A DNA stretch of 63,869 nt, the filler included, from Collodictyon triciliatum (taxonomy: Eukaryota): NCBI GenBank assembly GCA_043381765.1. It is 5 parts of 5 records of this genome, joined end to end, with 100 filler letters (N's around TTAATTAATTAA, not from the genome) between each part and the next. Parts side by side here need not be neighbours in the genome. Positions count along the whole stretch, not along the records: positions 34,615 to 54,024 come from JBHJMP010000652.1; positions 54,125 to 62,397 come from JBHJMP010000660.1; positions 62,498 to 63,869 come from JBHJMP010000853.1; 2 more parts are not named here. One strand, written 5' to 3'. Numbering within the stretch: the first letter of the stretch is position 1; the number at the start of each line of letters is the position of its first letter. Below, piece by piece: positions 44,003 through 62,979 of this stretch. The notes below the pieces were generated by a model. It did not search any database, was not told the origin of the DNA, and worked only from the letters and a program-made list of their open reading frames with translations. A program made the position numbers and the translations under genes.

Positions 44003-44886
44003 CATTCCTCCTCATCTGTTTGCTGTGTTGCCTTGGCTTTCTCGTTGTGAAAGTTCTCACAAACCTGACCCTCGTCTACATCGTGTGTCCCTTTGAACTT
44101 CATCTCCGTTTTGCTTTTTTTTTTTTTTGGGTTTTTTTTTCGTTCCATCCAGTATATAATCTTAAAAGGACAACGAATTTCGTGTTTTTCCTTTTTTTTA
44201 CATTCCTTTTGCACACACTGCCACCAACACACTGAGCCATAAAAACATAAGAAAAAACAAACACAGATAACTATATTTTTAGTACTTCGGGTAAAATCTG
44301 CCAAAGAAAAACGCTAAGTAATTTTGAGAAAGGCCAGCAAAAAAAGAAAAGAATAGAAAAGAGAGCTCATTTTATTTGTCTGCAACCGGTGGGGATAACT
44401 GACAGACCCTTGGTAATGATTAATGACCTCAGTGAGTTCTCGTCATGGTTCTTGTTGTTGTTGCACGCGTGGCCCCAACTCTGGTATGAATGGAATCCTG
44501 CAGCTTGCTTCCAAATAATTGCATTCTGGGGACTACGACACTCACGAATTATAATAGTTTTGAGAATTCCCAAAGGATAAAGTTACACAAAGCTCACAGC
44601 CCCTTACTGGATTCATCGGCCCAACTTTATTCGGCGGGTCAAGAGCAGATAAACGTCGTTCCTACGCATCCATAGTGTGGCTCTGATTAATCCTCAATGG
44701 ATGAAGGGTTCCGATCGATGCAACTGCTAGAATGGGTTATCAGAAAAGTGGCTTTGGTATCCGCTTTCATGTATATGCGCTGATAATTTAAAGTCGCGGT
44801 CATTTTGTTTTTCTGGGCAGGATATTTGCCATTCATTTTCAAAATTTTGTTACCAGATTATCTGGTAATTGACCAATTGTGAAATA

Positions 44887-44986
44887 ATACATACATACAT
44901 ACATACATACATACATACATACATACATACATACATACATACATACATACATACATACATACATACATACATACATACATACATAC
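44887..44986. repeat. (ATAC)n microsatellite
   Basis: Direct reading. Confidence 0.95.
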
Positions 44987-45404
44987 ATTACAATTTTAAT
45001 CGCATCGATGTAAAATTTTAATCTATGAACATGTTTTACCATTTGTAAATATAAATTCCATATTTGAATAACCAAATACGGTTCTAGCATTTTTTTTTCC
45101 TAACGAGACGCTTCCAAACTCTTTCCTGCGCGAAACGCACCGATCAAAACTACTTTGCTGATTGATTCGGAAAGTCTTGGACAGGCACCCCGCCAACTTT
45201 TGAAGGAGTCAACAGCAGACGACTGTCGTGCGAGCAAATTGGACTCAAAATCCCTCTCTCTTGATTGAATTGGGAGATAAAAAAGAAAAGAAAAGAATAG
45301 AGCCCAGCCTTTTGCATAGATCAATTCATTATTTATTTATCTATTCTTCATAAAGCAGCATCTTGGAAAAATATATCCCATCATCACATCCAGCAGGCTG
45401 CAGA

Positions 45405-48400
45405 ATGTCGAAAGGATCGATGGGTTTGTCTTTCACTTTGTTCAAGTAGATCATTATCATTCATTTTTCCCGCATTTCCTATCTGTTGGAATATACTATT
45501 ATTGTTTTTTCTAACAAGAGTTATTGTACGCCCCTAATTTTTTTCTTTTATGTGCTAGAGCAAGAAACTTTCAAGGAAGGATTGGACGAGGAACTGAGTA
45601 CTTTCCAAAATATCATTATATTTTCTTGGTTTTGGTGTTGGTTTCTATAATCTCTGTGACTGTTTTTTTCTTCATATTTTAGTTTTTAATTGCATGAACA
45701 TGATTAATCCTCTTTTTTTTTCTTGTATTTTTTAAACGTATTATAGTGAAAAAATGTATTTTTTTTCTTGATACCTCATTTCAGTTAATTACCTTTGAAA
45801 ACTTTCTTGCTGGCAGTTGCCTCGATGTTGATCGAAGAGGACATGACCGAGCAAGAGCACCTCCAAAGTTTTGCCGAAAGTGACTTACCGATTAGACGGT
45901 TTGTGGGACGATCATGTATTTATTTTACAATTAGATTTTATGGTTGTGCTATTAGTTAATTTAATTATTTACGATGCAGCCTTTTAGCCGCCAAGCAACT
46001 ATCATCAGCTATCAATCACTTTGATTATGAGTCCGCGATCCAAATTATAGTTCCTATGATGAATGACATGAAAATAGATAAGATTGCAAACATTCGTCAA
46101 CACCTGGCTGACTCCGTATACAGCGTATCAGAATACTTTTTAAAGGTATTAGCATTCTTGATGATAGCTTTTTGTTACAGGAACAAGAGAGACTCACTTT
46201 ATATTATTTCTCGAAACTTTGAAAATAAAAATGGTCACCAGTGATAATAAATGGTGAGCATCTATCGTAATCATAATATCAAAGTATTATATTTAATATA
46301 TTAGTTCCACAGCGAACCGTCAGAGTATTTTGGATGGGAAATTACTCAGTTTATTCTCCCGGTCCTTTTTTCCTGCCTAACAGACCAAATGCTTCCAGTA
46401 TGTTTCCTGCTATCGTATTACATGAATTTAACTATGTCTCTCTCTCTCTCTCATTGTTAGTATTGGAATAGCATAGTCCAAGATCGAACTCGAAAAACAA
46501 AACTTATTGAAAATACTCTTTCGCAATCCAGGTAAGAATAAGTAGCATGCATTCATTAATCAAGATATCAAAACTTATGGGTGCTGGGTACACTGAAACG
46601 AATATAATCCCCGCTCTCGACGGCCTCGTTCGTGAAGGCAATGAAGACACTGTTACAACATCAATAGACGTAGGATACTTGCATAAAAATAATCATGAGC
46701 ATGCTGATTACCATCTTTAGAGTGATCTTGATGACATACAAACTGTTCTTGCCATAGGCCCTCTCACATATTGCGCAACTATTATCCCCCGATTCCTGCC
46801 AAAGACTTATAGTAAATCCCATAATCGCTGCTCTGAAAAATTCCACATTTCGTATAAGAAAGGTTCGCTCAAGAACTGTCAATTCTAGTTCCTTTTTAAA
46901 ATTAATGACCTACACCATATTAGTTATTCTCATACATTAATGTGATTTGATTAAACTAGTTTAAAATATCTCCTTTTTAAAATCATTTATGTTTGCCCTT
47001 CCATTATTAAAGACAATAGCAACATCCCTAGAGAGACTAAGTTCCGCTGTTGGATATCAAGTGTCTACAGTGATTTTGGTACTTTCAGACATAATAAATT
47101 TGCTGATGTAAACTAATTCTGATATCTTCTATCCATAATCCATTATTTTATCAATAAGTCAATTAGCACCTTTGCTTAATCCATTATACTTTTTTGAAAT
47201 AGTTGCCTATATATCTTCGGCTTTCAAAGGATGAAATATGGGGAATCAGGAAGGCCTGTGCAGAAACAATCGTTGGTTTTGCAAAAGTTTGTGTCAAATA
47301 TAAGCCATATTATGAACGTATGAAACGATTTAAGCAAGAAAGAAGGCCTATAATTTCTTAATTTTTTTGAAAGTGCTTTGTTTGTGTTGATGCCGTGTTA
47401 TATCTCATATTTCATATACTTTTTGGTGATATTAGAATCTGCCTGTCGATAAAGCCGCTGCTTTTCTTTTACCTGTTATGTCCAGTTTTTTGGTAGACTT
47501 TTCTCGTTGGGTGCGTTTTTCTGCCAGTGAAAATCTAGGACCTTTCCTTTATCACCTTGGACTAGCGGTGTGTACACCTGTTTATTTCTTATCTTCATAA
47601 TACTTTTTTTTAACCATTATGATTCTATTATAAATTTTTATTTTAAAGCAAAGATTCTGATTATTATTACTAGTATTTTTGTTCATTTTCTTGGTCTTAT
47701 TCTCAGTTTTCTTAAAAGCGACATAATTATGGAAGCTTCAGCTTTTCCTCCCTTTAATCGATTCAAAGATGGAAGCTTCAACTTGAAAAGGATGAGCATT
47801 GATATTCACACGTATTCTTTGCACTTATTAAGTTTCTTGATGAACAACTTCTGCGGCATTACTTGTCGATGAGTAAAACACCCGACCTTGGGTATGGAGA
47901 CCCTGAGGCATCGTATTACTGTGCGTATAGCTTCTCTGGTAAAGGAATAGCATTTTCATTAGGATAGTACCTAAGTGTTTTTTCACTCAAGTCTTTTCTG
48001 TGGAATAGTATTTCTTTTCATAATACTGACGTCTGCGCCTTTTCTCTCATCACATATAATTCCAGCTATTTTGAACATGCTTGGCCGAGATAGGTGGAGG
48101 GAAGTGCAACCTACATTTGATTTACTCGTGAAAGATCTCCAGGTAATTTTTACATCTATATATTTTGTGCTATAGGCTATGTTTATCATGAAGAAATTTA
48201 CCTCGTTCAATGCTTCTTTCTTTCAAGGTCAGGGTCAGAAAATGCATGGCAGCTTCTCTTCCCTCTATCGCACAATCTATCGGACCAAGCCTAACTAGGA
48301 TGTTTATTACTCCCGTTTTTCTTAAATATATGAATGACTGCGACGAAGTAATATGTTTTTCTTTTTTTTTTTATTATTCTTTTTTTTATTATTCTTTTTT

Positions 48401-49898
48401 ATTATTCTTTTTTATTATTTTTTTATGACCTTAATGGATGGACTTAGGTTCATATAATACCAAATTAGGTCAAAGAATCAGCAATCGCAAGGCTTCATGA
48501 TTTCTTCCGCCTCATTCCCAAAGAGGACAGAAGCGCATTTTTTGCTGTTTTACCCAAGATAATCGGAGATACTGGCAACCACTGGAGAGCAAGGAAGGAC
48601 ATTGTTGGGTTAGCTCCGAACTTAACTTTATATATAATGACAAATTCGGTAGAATTTCTTCATTTCATAATAGTATGCTTTGTTGAACACTCTTTGACCC
48701 ATCTTATCTGACATTCGCTAGACAACTCGGATTCTTATGTGATATATGTGATGGCGAAGAGCTGTCTGATTATATCATGCCTATGTTTTTCTCGTTGGCA
48801 ACAGACCGCATCTTCAAGGTCCGCTCAGTAGCCTGTGACAAGGTGATTATTTCATATTTTCTTTATTTTCATTTACCATGACTATGAATTTATCCTTATG
48901 CTCCTTATTCATGTATTAACCTTTATCAATGAGCATCATTCTGCTGCGTGTCACTTTCAGGGGAACCAGTCCTTTTTGTCTTAACAAAATAGTCTTAAAA
49001 CAACAACTTTATAGATTTGGCTTGTTTATAAAAGAATGAACGAGGAAAAATCAATCTCCTTGCCCCATTTCTTTGAAAGTGTCGATAGACTAAGGCTGTC
49101 GAGGAATATGTGGAAACGGCAATGGTGAGGATACCATTTTATTTTTATTTATATTTCTAATTACAATGACTTATGCCAGTTGATATATTTTATCTCGCTC
49201 ATGGTTCTTATCAGATAATTTGATGTTGGGTTTGTGCAGCTGTGTGATGATTTGTGCAGGTATTATGCTCGAATATCAAAGTGAGGCAGATTCAGTATGG
49301 ACTAAAGCAATCACTGCCCTTTGCGAGGACCATGTACCCAACCGAATTATATCCTTCGAACCAAAAACACACCTCCTTTTATATTTTTGACCATCCAACT
49401 AAGACCAACATATATTCTATTTTCCTTCCTGATTGTACAGGTAACTGACGTCAGAATGGTGTGTTGCACTTCCCTGGTTCGCCTGTCTCACAGAGAAGGT
49501 GTTTGTTCCTTCCTTTTACTTTCTTTTTTTTCTCTTTTTCTCTTTTTTCTCTTTTTTCTCTTTTTTCTCTTTTTTCTCTTTTTTCTCTCTTTTTTTCTCT
49601 TTTTTTCTCTTTTTTTCTCTTTTTTCTCTTTTTTCTCTTTTTTTCTCTTTTTTTCTCTTTTTTTTCTCTTTTTTCTCTTTTTTTCTCTTTTTTCTCTCTT
49701 TTTTTCTCTTTTTTTCTCTTTTTTCTCTTTTTTCTCTTTTTTTCTCTTTTTTTTCTCTTTTTTTCTCTTTTTTCTCCTTTTTTCTCTTTTTTTCTCTTNN
49801 NNNNNNNNNNNNNNNNNNNNNNNNNNNNNNNNNNNNNNNNNNNNNNNNNNNNNNNNNNNNNNNNNNNNNNNNNNNNNNNNNNNNNNNNNNNNNNNNNN

Positions 49899-49974
<76 letters not shown>

Positions 49975-50234
49975 CTCTCATTTTTATGATTCAAGTTTCT
50001 AAACCCACACCCGCAGGCATCGCAGACAGCCAGTGGAGGCAGCCCCTCACCAAGCTCTCCAGAGACTCCTCTGCGTCCATCCAGAGAACAGCCCGCGACG
50101 CATTGGACCGGCCGTGCATTTCCCCAGCGCAACAGCCGCAGCAGCCGCCGCCTTTATGCTCCGTTCTTCCGGGCGAGCAAAGCAACGAACCTGCAGACTC
50201 CGACGCCGCCTTGTCTGGAGCGCCATCTCCCTAG
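45405..50234 (+). CDS. PPP4R1: Serine/threonine-protein phosphatase 4 regulatory subunit 1-like HEAT-repeat protein
   Basis: Spliced exons include LSKDEIWGIRKACAE, DFSRWVRFSASENLGPFL, CAYSFSAILNMLGRDRWREVQPTFDLLVKDLQVRVRKCMA, HWRARKDIV, LATDRIFKVRSVA and LCEDHVTDVR, collinear with PP4R1 as I recall it. Confidence 0.85.
47745..47768 (-). mobile_element. Ultra-short retroposon-like insertion, copy D (PPP4R1 intron)
   Basis: ATGGAAGCTTCAGCTT (47729-47744) - ttcctc CCTTTAATCGATTCAAAG - ATGGAAGCTTCAACTT (47769-47784). 16-bp repeat with one mismatch; decayed tail. Confidence 0.8.
49520..49970. repeat. Polypyrimidine (T5-8CTC)n and (CT)n tract in the last PPP4R1 intron
   Basis: Direct reading; contains an N gap. 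Confidence 0.95.
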
Positions 50235-50593
50235 CATCCGCCCTGGGCTTATCCTCGCCAGCTAATCCACCTCTCCTGTCGTGTTTTTATTTCCTTTACT
50301 TTACTTTTCTTTCCTTTCGCTCCGTAAAACTACACCACCAGAATCACTTGATTTTTACTACTATTATTATTATTATCATTATCATAATAAAGAGAAACGG
50401 ACAATTAGTATAAAAAAAAATCAGCGTTGGTGAAATCTCAACCAAATGAGTCCTTTGTTCCCTTGCTGATCTTTTGTGGAAATTATTATATTCTCCGATT
50501 TCGCGAGCTCAAAAATGCTTTCGTTGGGCGCTCGACCTTTTTTTCTTTTTTGTTTTGTTTTACATTGTGGTGATGTATTAGCAAGTACGTGTT

Positions 50594-50618
50594 TTTTTTC
50601 CTTTATTCGATTCAAAGT
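50594..50618 (-). mobile_element. Ultra-short retroposon-like insertion, copy C (intergenic)
   Basis: GCAAGTACGTGTT (50581-50593) - T6 CCTTTATTCGATTCAAAG t - GCGAGTACGTGTT (50619-50631). 13-bp repeat with one mismatch. Confidence 0.85.
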
Positions 50619-50869
50619 GCGAGTACGTGTTAATGGATGCTTGATTTGGGTGGCAAAGCCCCGTTTCCTTTTTTTTCCATCCCCCTTTCTCAAGTCATCC
50701 CCACGTAATGGAATCGAAGAAATATAAGTGATAAACAAAAATAAAAGAAAAGAAAAGTGATAGACATTAAAGATAATAATAATAATAAAAAACTCTCCAG
50801 ACAATTCAAACCTGTTTAAAATAACCATTACAACGGAATGTAGACGTAAGGAAAGCTGCACACACTATA

Positions 50870-53801
<2,932 letters not shown>

Positions 53802-54124
53802 TTGTAGCGATATTCCTTCTATAATCACCAAAGTTTTGGTTTAACTGTCTTCACTTACGCTAGAGCATATATTGAAGAATAGAAAGAATATGTATGAAAT
53901 GACAAGAAAGGAAAGGAAAGGAAAGGAAAGGAAAGGAAAGGAAAGGAAAGGAAAGGAAAGGAAAGGAAAGGAAAGGAAAGGAAAGGAAAGGAAAGGAAAG
54001 GAAAGGAAAGGAAAAAAAAGGAAANNNNNNNNNNNNNNNNNNNNNNNNNNNNNNNNNNNNNNNNNNNNTTAATTAATTAANNNNNNNNNNNNNNNNNNNN
54101 NNNNNNNNNNNNNNNNNNNNNNNN

Positions 54125-54224
<100 letters not shown>

Positions 54225-54330
54225 CAAAAAAACCTCGAGAATTAGAAACCGCATCTCTGGAAACTTTCTTTTACACATAAGATTTCATTATTCAACAAAG
54301 CACTTATGATTAAATGATATCGTTTCATAG

Positions 54331-56753
<2,423 letters not shown>

Positions 56754-57084
56754 GTAGGACCTAACTTGAAACCAGTAGCCTGAAATCGCCAAAAGAATTG
56801 CGATTGCATGATTTTAATCGTTTTTTTGAATAATATCTCCTCTGATGTTAGTGTAATAATTTAAATGTAACCTTAACTTTAAAAAATTCTTTCAATCCTT
56901 TGCTAAAAAACAAAAAACAAAAAACAAAAACAAAAAACAAAAACAAAANNNNNNNNNNNNNNNNNNNNNNNNNNNNNNNNNNNNNNNNNNNNNNNNNNNN
57001 NNNNNNNNNNNNNNNNNNNNNNNACAAAAAAAGCAAAGAAAACTAGTGCCACAATAAATAATGATAATATAATACCTTATGTAG

Positions 57085-57876
57085 CAAACCAAAGATATAT
57101 GTGGTTGGTGTAGATGGAAGCCCTCAATCGGAAGAAGCATTTCGCCTAGCAAACGACTTATCAAAACCAGGAGACATATTTCATATTGTTCACGTCAAGA
57201 TGTCCCATGAGCGGGCAACTTGGCTTTTCAACACCCATTACCCTAATCTTCGCGCAATCGAGGAAAACCAGCATGCCGACCTCATGGCAAAACATGTAGT
57301 TGATAAATTTCATAAACTCTGCCAGGAATCAAACGTAATATTTCTTTTTAACATTATCCTCCCACCACCTCTTAGTTTCACGTGAAAATGAAGGAAAAAA
57401 ATGAAAGCAGACCTTTGTCGATTTTTTCGAGACAACGGACTCATTTTTGCAACCAAGAAACTCGATTCAGATAATTGATTATTCCTACACAATCCAGAGA
57501 AAATGCTCGTTTGTAACTACCACCCGCCCTCCAAGCACACCCGCCATAGGTGATGCTTTGTGCGAAGAATTTAAGACGCATAAAGCAGACGCTGTGGTTT
57601 TAGGGAGCCACGGATATTCCGTAACAGAAAGGTTCTCAATTGCCTTAGTTTTTTTTTTCTCTCCAAAGATAGAAAACGAAGAAGAAGAGTACATAGCCGG
57701 TTCTGAATGGGTCGTCGTTTTTCAGTCATACTTATCTGAGGCCACACTCCACTGATAGGGTTATCATCGGATCTGTGACAAACTTTATGCTGAATCACTG
57801 CGAGTGCAACTTATTCGTGGCCAAAAGCAAGCAGGCTGCGCAATTTGACCTTGCAGAGCAGCCCGAACCCATGTAA
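57085..57876 (+). CDS. Universal stress protein (UspA domain); first exon not visible
   Basis: YVVGVDGSPQSEEAF...FHIVHV...IGDALCE...ADAVVLGSHGYSVTERVIIGSVTNFMLNHCECNLFVAK, with the G-x2-G-x9-GS ATP-binding USP motif. Three exons. Confidence 0.93.
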
Positions 57877-58309
57877 GAAGGGGTCTGGACATAAAAGCGC
57901 ACCAAAAATCATTGTCGCATGGGACTCACCGTGTAGCACCCGTTAAAAGAAAATAATAAGATTCTGCCTCCACTTTGCACAAATCGAAAGCACGAATAAA
58001 ATAAACAATCAAAAACAATCGAGTGTGTTGAATCAAACAGCCAGTTTTTGTGTTGATCGTAACCCCCAGAGGCCATATTTTTTTTTCTATTCAAGCCTCT
58101 TTTTTTTTGCTCTCAGTGTATGCGCGCGCAACTTTGTTATTGTGTCGCTCCGTCGCACGGGGAGACCCTCTCTATTACTTTGCGTGTACTTTTTTTTTTG
58201 GCAGTATTTGTGATCTATTCTGGTGATTATCAGGAAACAGTTATCCAAGAACCCTCCCACAGAACGCTACCAAAATCAAACGCTCCAGAAGATCGAGCAA
58301 TAGTACATC

Positions 58310-59277
58310 ATGGTGAGCCTCTTCCCCATTTTATTTCAAAGTGTTTCAATGCAAAGAGAAAAAAAAAACTCTGAAAGGTCTGGCAGCTCGATGACTCCTC
58401 CGTCGAAACTTTTAGTCCTCTCGCTTGGCAAAAGAACTGCGGGATCTCCAAAAAACCGCAAAGGAAGACTCGGATATCGTCCTCTTTCCAGACCCTGCCA
58501 ATATATTCCGCTGGACAGCATTTCTGCGAGGTCCAAAGGTATGAACGCGGAGCAGTGTTCTTCTACTTATCCTGGGATATTCAGTTGGGGGGTTTTTTTT
58601 AATGTGACCTTTGAGTTCCTGAGGCCTCTGACCTTTAGGACACCCCCTATGAGGGTGGGAACTACCGACTGAACATAACCATCCCAACAACCTACCCGAT
58701 GGCCCCGCCAGTGGTGACGTTCGAGACCAAGATTTTTCATCCCAATGTCCACTTCAAGGTGGGGTTCGCTCAGGGCTCGTAATTTCATAGCCTCTGTCAT
58801 TGCGTGCTTTGCCTACCATTTCACATCCCCATAAAGCACAACTCAACAAACATTCAGAAGGGCGAAATATGCTTGGACATCCTCAAGACTACGTGGACAC
58901 CTGCGTGGACGCTGCAGTCAGGTTTGCTCTCTCTTTGCTAAGGGTGTCTGCTCTGTTTTTTTTCCTTCTTTTTTCGGCCTCCTCACCTATCCCTCGTTCT
59001 GGTTACAAAATCGAAACAACAGCCACATCAAGCACCCTCCCCCACGTAGTTTGCCGAGCCATCCTGGCCCTCATGTCGGAGCCTGCAGCAGATAGTCCTC
59101 TCAACTGTGACGCAGGTTTGCCAACTTTTCTACGTGTCTCAGTCAAACCCAGACGGCTGAACTCGCCCCAACCCCATAGGCAACCTGATTCGCAACGGCG
59201 ACCAGCGGGGATTCCGCTCACTGGCCCGCATGTACACAAGGTGCTACGCAGATACCCCACTCACAATGCCAGAATGA
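58310..59277 (+). CDS. PEX4: Peroxin-4, peroxisomal ubiquitin-conjugating enzyme E2, 6 exons
   Basis: M|SSRLAKELRDLQ...NIFRWTAFLRGPK|DTPYEGG...KIFHPNVHFK|KGEICLDILKTTWTPAWTLQS|VCRAILALMSEPAADSPLNCDAG|NLIRNGDQRGFRSLARMYT. HPNVHFKxGEICLDILK and DSPLNCDxGNL.R.GD are plant/protist PEX4 signatures. Confidence 0.92.
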
Positions 59278-59405
59278 TATAAAATCACGCCCGCTAGTGA
59301 CAAGCTCGAGGGAAAACAACACAGTCTCGCGGTGGTTCGGCTCTGTTGCGTGCCAGCAAATGTGTTTAGGTACGAAGACTATACAGTCTCTACACGGTTC
59401 GTTTA

Positions 59406-60416
<1,011 letters not shown>

Positions 60417-61003
60417 TCTGCGGTTGCTCGGACTAGGTTGAGATGGACTCGATAGAGCTTGAAGAGAAATGGTGATTTTTTGGAAGGTAGGAAATTGGGT
60501 TGGTTTTAATTTCGCATCTATATCCAATTCTGGAACAGATTGAATTCCTTTTTTTTTTTTTTGCGTTGAGAAGCAGGTCAGCTTTGGTGCGGTGCCATTC
60601 GACGTTTCGCTAAATTCATTGGTGCATATAACTCGATGATTGCAAGGGGATTCCAAGTCTCTGTGCAGGTACCATTCATGAGATTTTAAGCCTGAAAGCA
60701 AAAGATGTGCTGTATTCCAAGATTTCTTCCCAAAATTCGATGATATGAGCATGTGTCAAGACGGCGACACGTTCCCCCATGTGCATATCTTATTTATCTC
60801 AGTGGTTACTTTTATCCCCTTTTTTTTTTTTTTTTTTTTTTTTTGGGTTCTTACATAGAAAAATTTTCATTTCACATTTTTTATGGGGGAAAANNNNNNN
60901 NNNNNNNNNNNNNNNNNNNNNNNNNNNNNNNNNNNNNNNNNNNNNNNNNNNNNNNNNNNNNNNNNNNNNNNNNNNNNNNNNNNNNNNNNNNNNGAAACAA
61001 CAG

Positions 61004-62210
61004 GGATTCTATGATGCAAACACCCACGTCCAGGCATATTGCTACAAAATCGTTGCCAACCTTTTATTGGAAAATGGAATGTTGAAGCACCTCATATGCC
61101 AAGGACCTTGTAAATATATAATCTCGGATATCAGCAACTGTCGCTTTTTTTTTTTTTTTTAAAAAAAATACACCATATATGCCTACTTTGATATATGTAC
61201 GTATATTTACCGTTGGTACCTCAACACATTCATATAGAAGGATGTACATGTAAAACACACTAGTAAAATCTTCTTAATACTCTACAGACTTAAAATTCTC
61301 CATCGATACACTCGCCACCAGCGAATTGCTCCCATCATATATTTTATTTTTCCTGAAAAGTTTGGCTTTTGACTCCGCAGAGCTAGAAAAGAAATCTATA
61401 ATGGACCATCTTTCTATGGAAATACTTACAAAGTCTGGATTTTTCTTTTGTTATATTTAGCAAGTTCTGGTCGTGATGTATATAATCACATACTCAGTGT
61501 ATCCTAACACCCGTTACATTTGCACGTATCTACTCTTGATAAATAGGTGTGTTGAACACGGAAGTTTCGAGACAAAGATATATGCCCTATATATTCTCCA
61601 GAACATCACATGTTCTTCACCAGACCATGACGGAGCTTTTCTATTGATGTCGAAAACCGAGGGAAGAATTATCGACCTTGTTAAGAAGTTGGCCACTCAA
61701 GAATCTGATGGGCCGAATCAAGAGAGTATCACCTTGGAGACTCTCCATTTGCTCCAAAATATGTGTAGTATTACGCCAGAGAGAAGTAAGTACATTACTG
61801 GAGAAGACATATACTCGATGGTAGCTCCGTTCCTTCAACACCATAATGCAAACATTCGTCTGGCCTCTGCAACTTGTGTGAGCAATTTTCTTTGGCCGAA
61901 TGCGATGGATAATAGACAGAAAATAGGCCAATTTAAAGTACCTGAGTTCTTGGCTGTGGTTGAAAAGGTAAAATGCCACCGAAATCACGAACTGTGCATA
62001 CAAATCACCACTTTTTTTTTTACGGCATCTCTATATCATCACATAATGTGCCTGTGTGTTTTGTCTCCACATGCCATCATATTTGTTTTCCTTCGGAAGT
62101 GGTTATCATCTTTTTAATCTAAAATTAAACGTGGCTAGCTCATGACTGATGGAGACGATAGAGTGCAACAAAAAGCGAAAATAATCAGCATCAGACTTGA
62201 CCTGGTTTGA
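61004..62210 (+). CDS. ARMC8: ARMC8/GID5 C-terminal exons
   Basis: AG|GFYDANTHVQAYCYKIVANLLLENGMLKHLI...SLAFDSAELEKKSIMDHLSMEIL...LYILQNI...LMTDGDDRVQQKAK*. Matches the ARMC8 'NLLLEF...K' and 'N/S.AF.A...K..I' segments and continues in phase 0 from the exon ending at 56753. Confidence 0.78.
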
Positions 62211-62298
62211 AGCACCTTAAATCGCAGAACTGGGCTCGATATAGTTGATAAAATGAGAAGTTTTCTTCTATCCTCTTTTTCTATAGGCACAAACAGAT

Positions 62299-62397
62299 AA
62301 GAAACAAGAAACAAGAAACAAGAAACAAGAAACAAGAAACAAGAAACAAGAAACAAGAAACAAGAAACAAGAAACAAGAAACAAGAAACAAGAAACA
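62299..62397. repeat. (AAGAAAC)n repeat at a scaffold end
   Basis: Direct reading. Confidence 0.95.
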
Positions 62398-62629
62398 NNN
62401 NNNNNNNNNNNNNNNNNNNNNNNNNNNNNNNNNNNNNNNNNTTAATTAATTAANNNNNNNNNNNNNNNNNNNNNNNNNNNNNNNNNNNNNNNNNNNNTTT
62501 TGCCGCACCCGGTCTCTCCCACCAAAAGCACGGGTTCCTATCCATCAGCGATTTCATGTACGTAAAATGCAGAAATTTAATTTAAAGATAACAAAAAGAT
62601 GTTGGTATGCTTCGGGATATTCGCCTTGT

Positions 62630-62811
62630 TTTATTTTTTCTATTTCTATTTCTATTTCCTATTCTATTCTATTCTCTTTCTATTTACTATTTCTATTTCT
62701 ATTTCTAATTTCTATTTCTAGTTTCTATTTCTAATTTCTAATTTTCTATTATCTAATTATCTTTTCTTTTTTCTTTTCGTTTTCTTTTTTTTTTATTTTT
62801 TATTTTATATT

Positions 62812-62843
<32 letters not shown>

Positions 62844-62912
62844 TTTTCTTTTCTTTTTTCTTTTCTTTTTTTCTTTTCTTTTTTCTTTTCTTTTTTCTTT
62901 TCTTTTTTCTTT

Positions 62913-62979
<67 letters not shown>

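Noticed and set aside
50600-50617. Plus-strand CTTTA-TTCGATT-CAAAG as a tRNA T-arm or Pol III B-box
   Set aside because: It lacks the invariant G before TTC, no cloverleaf or A-box is nearby, and tail polarity points to the opposite strand as the RNA. Noted only as a curiosity.
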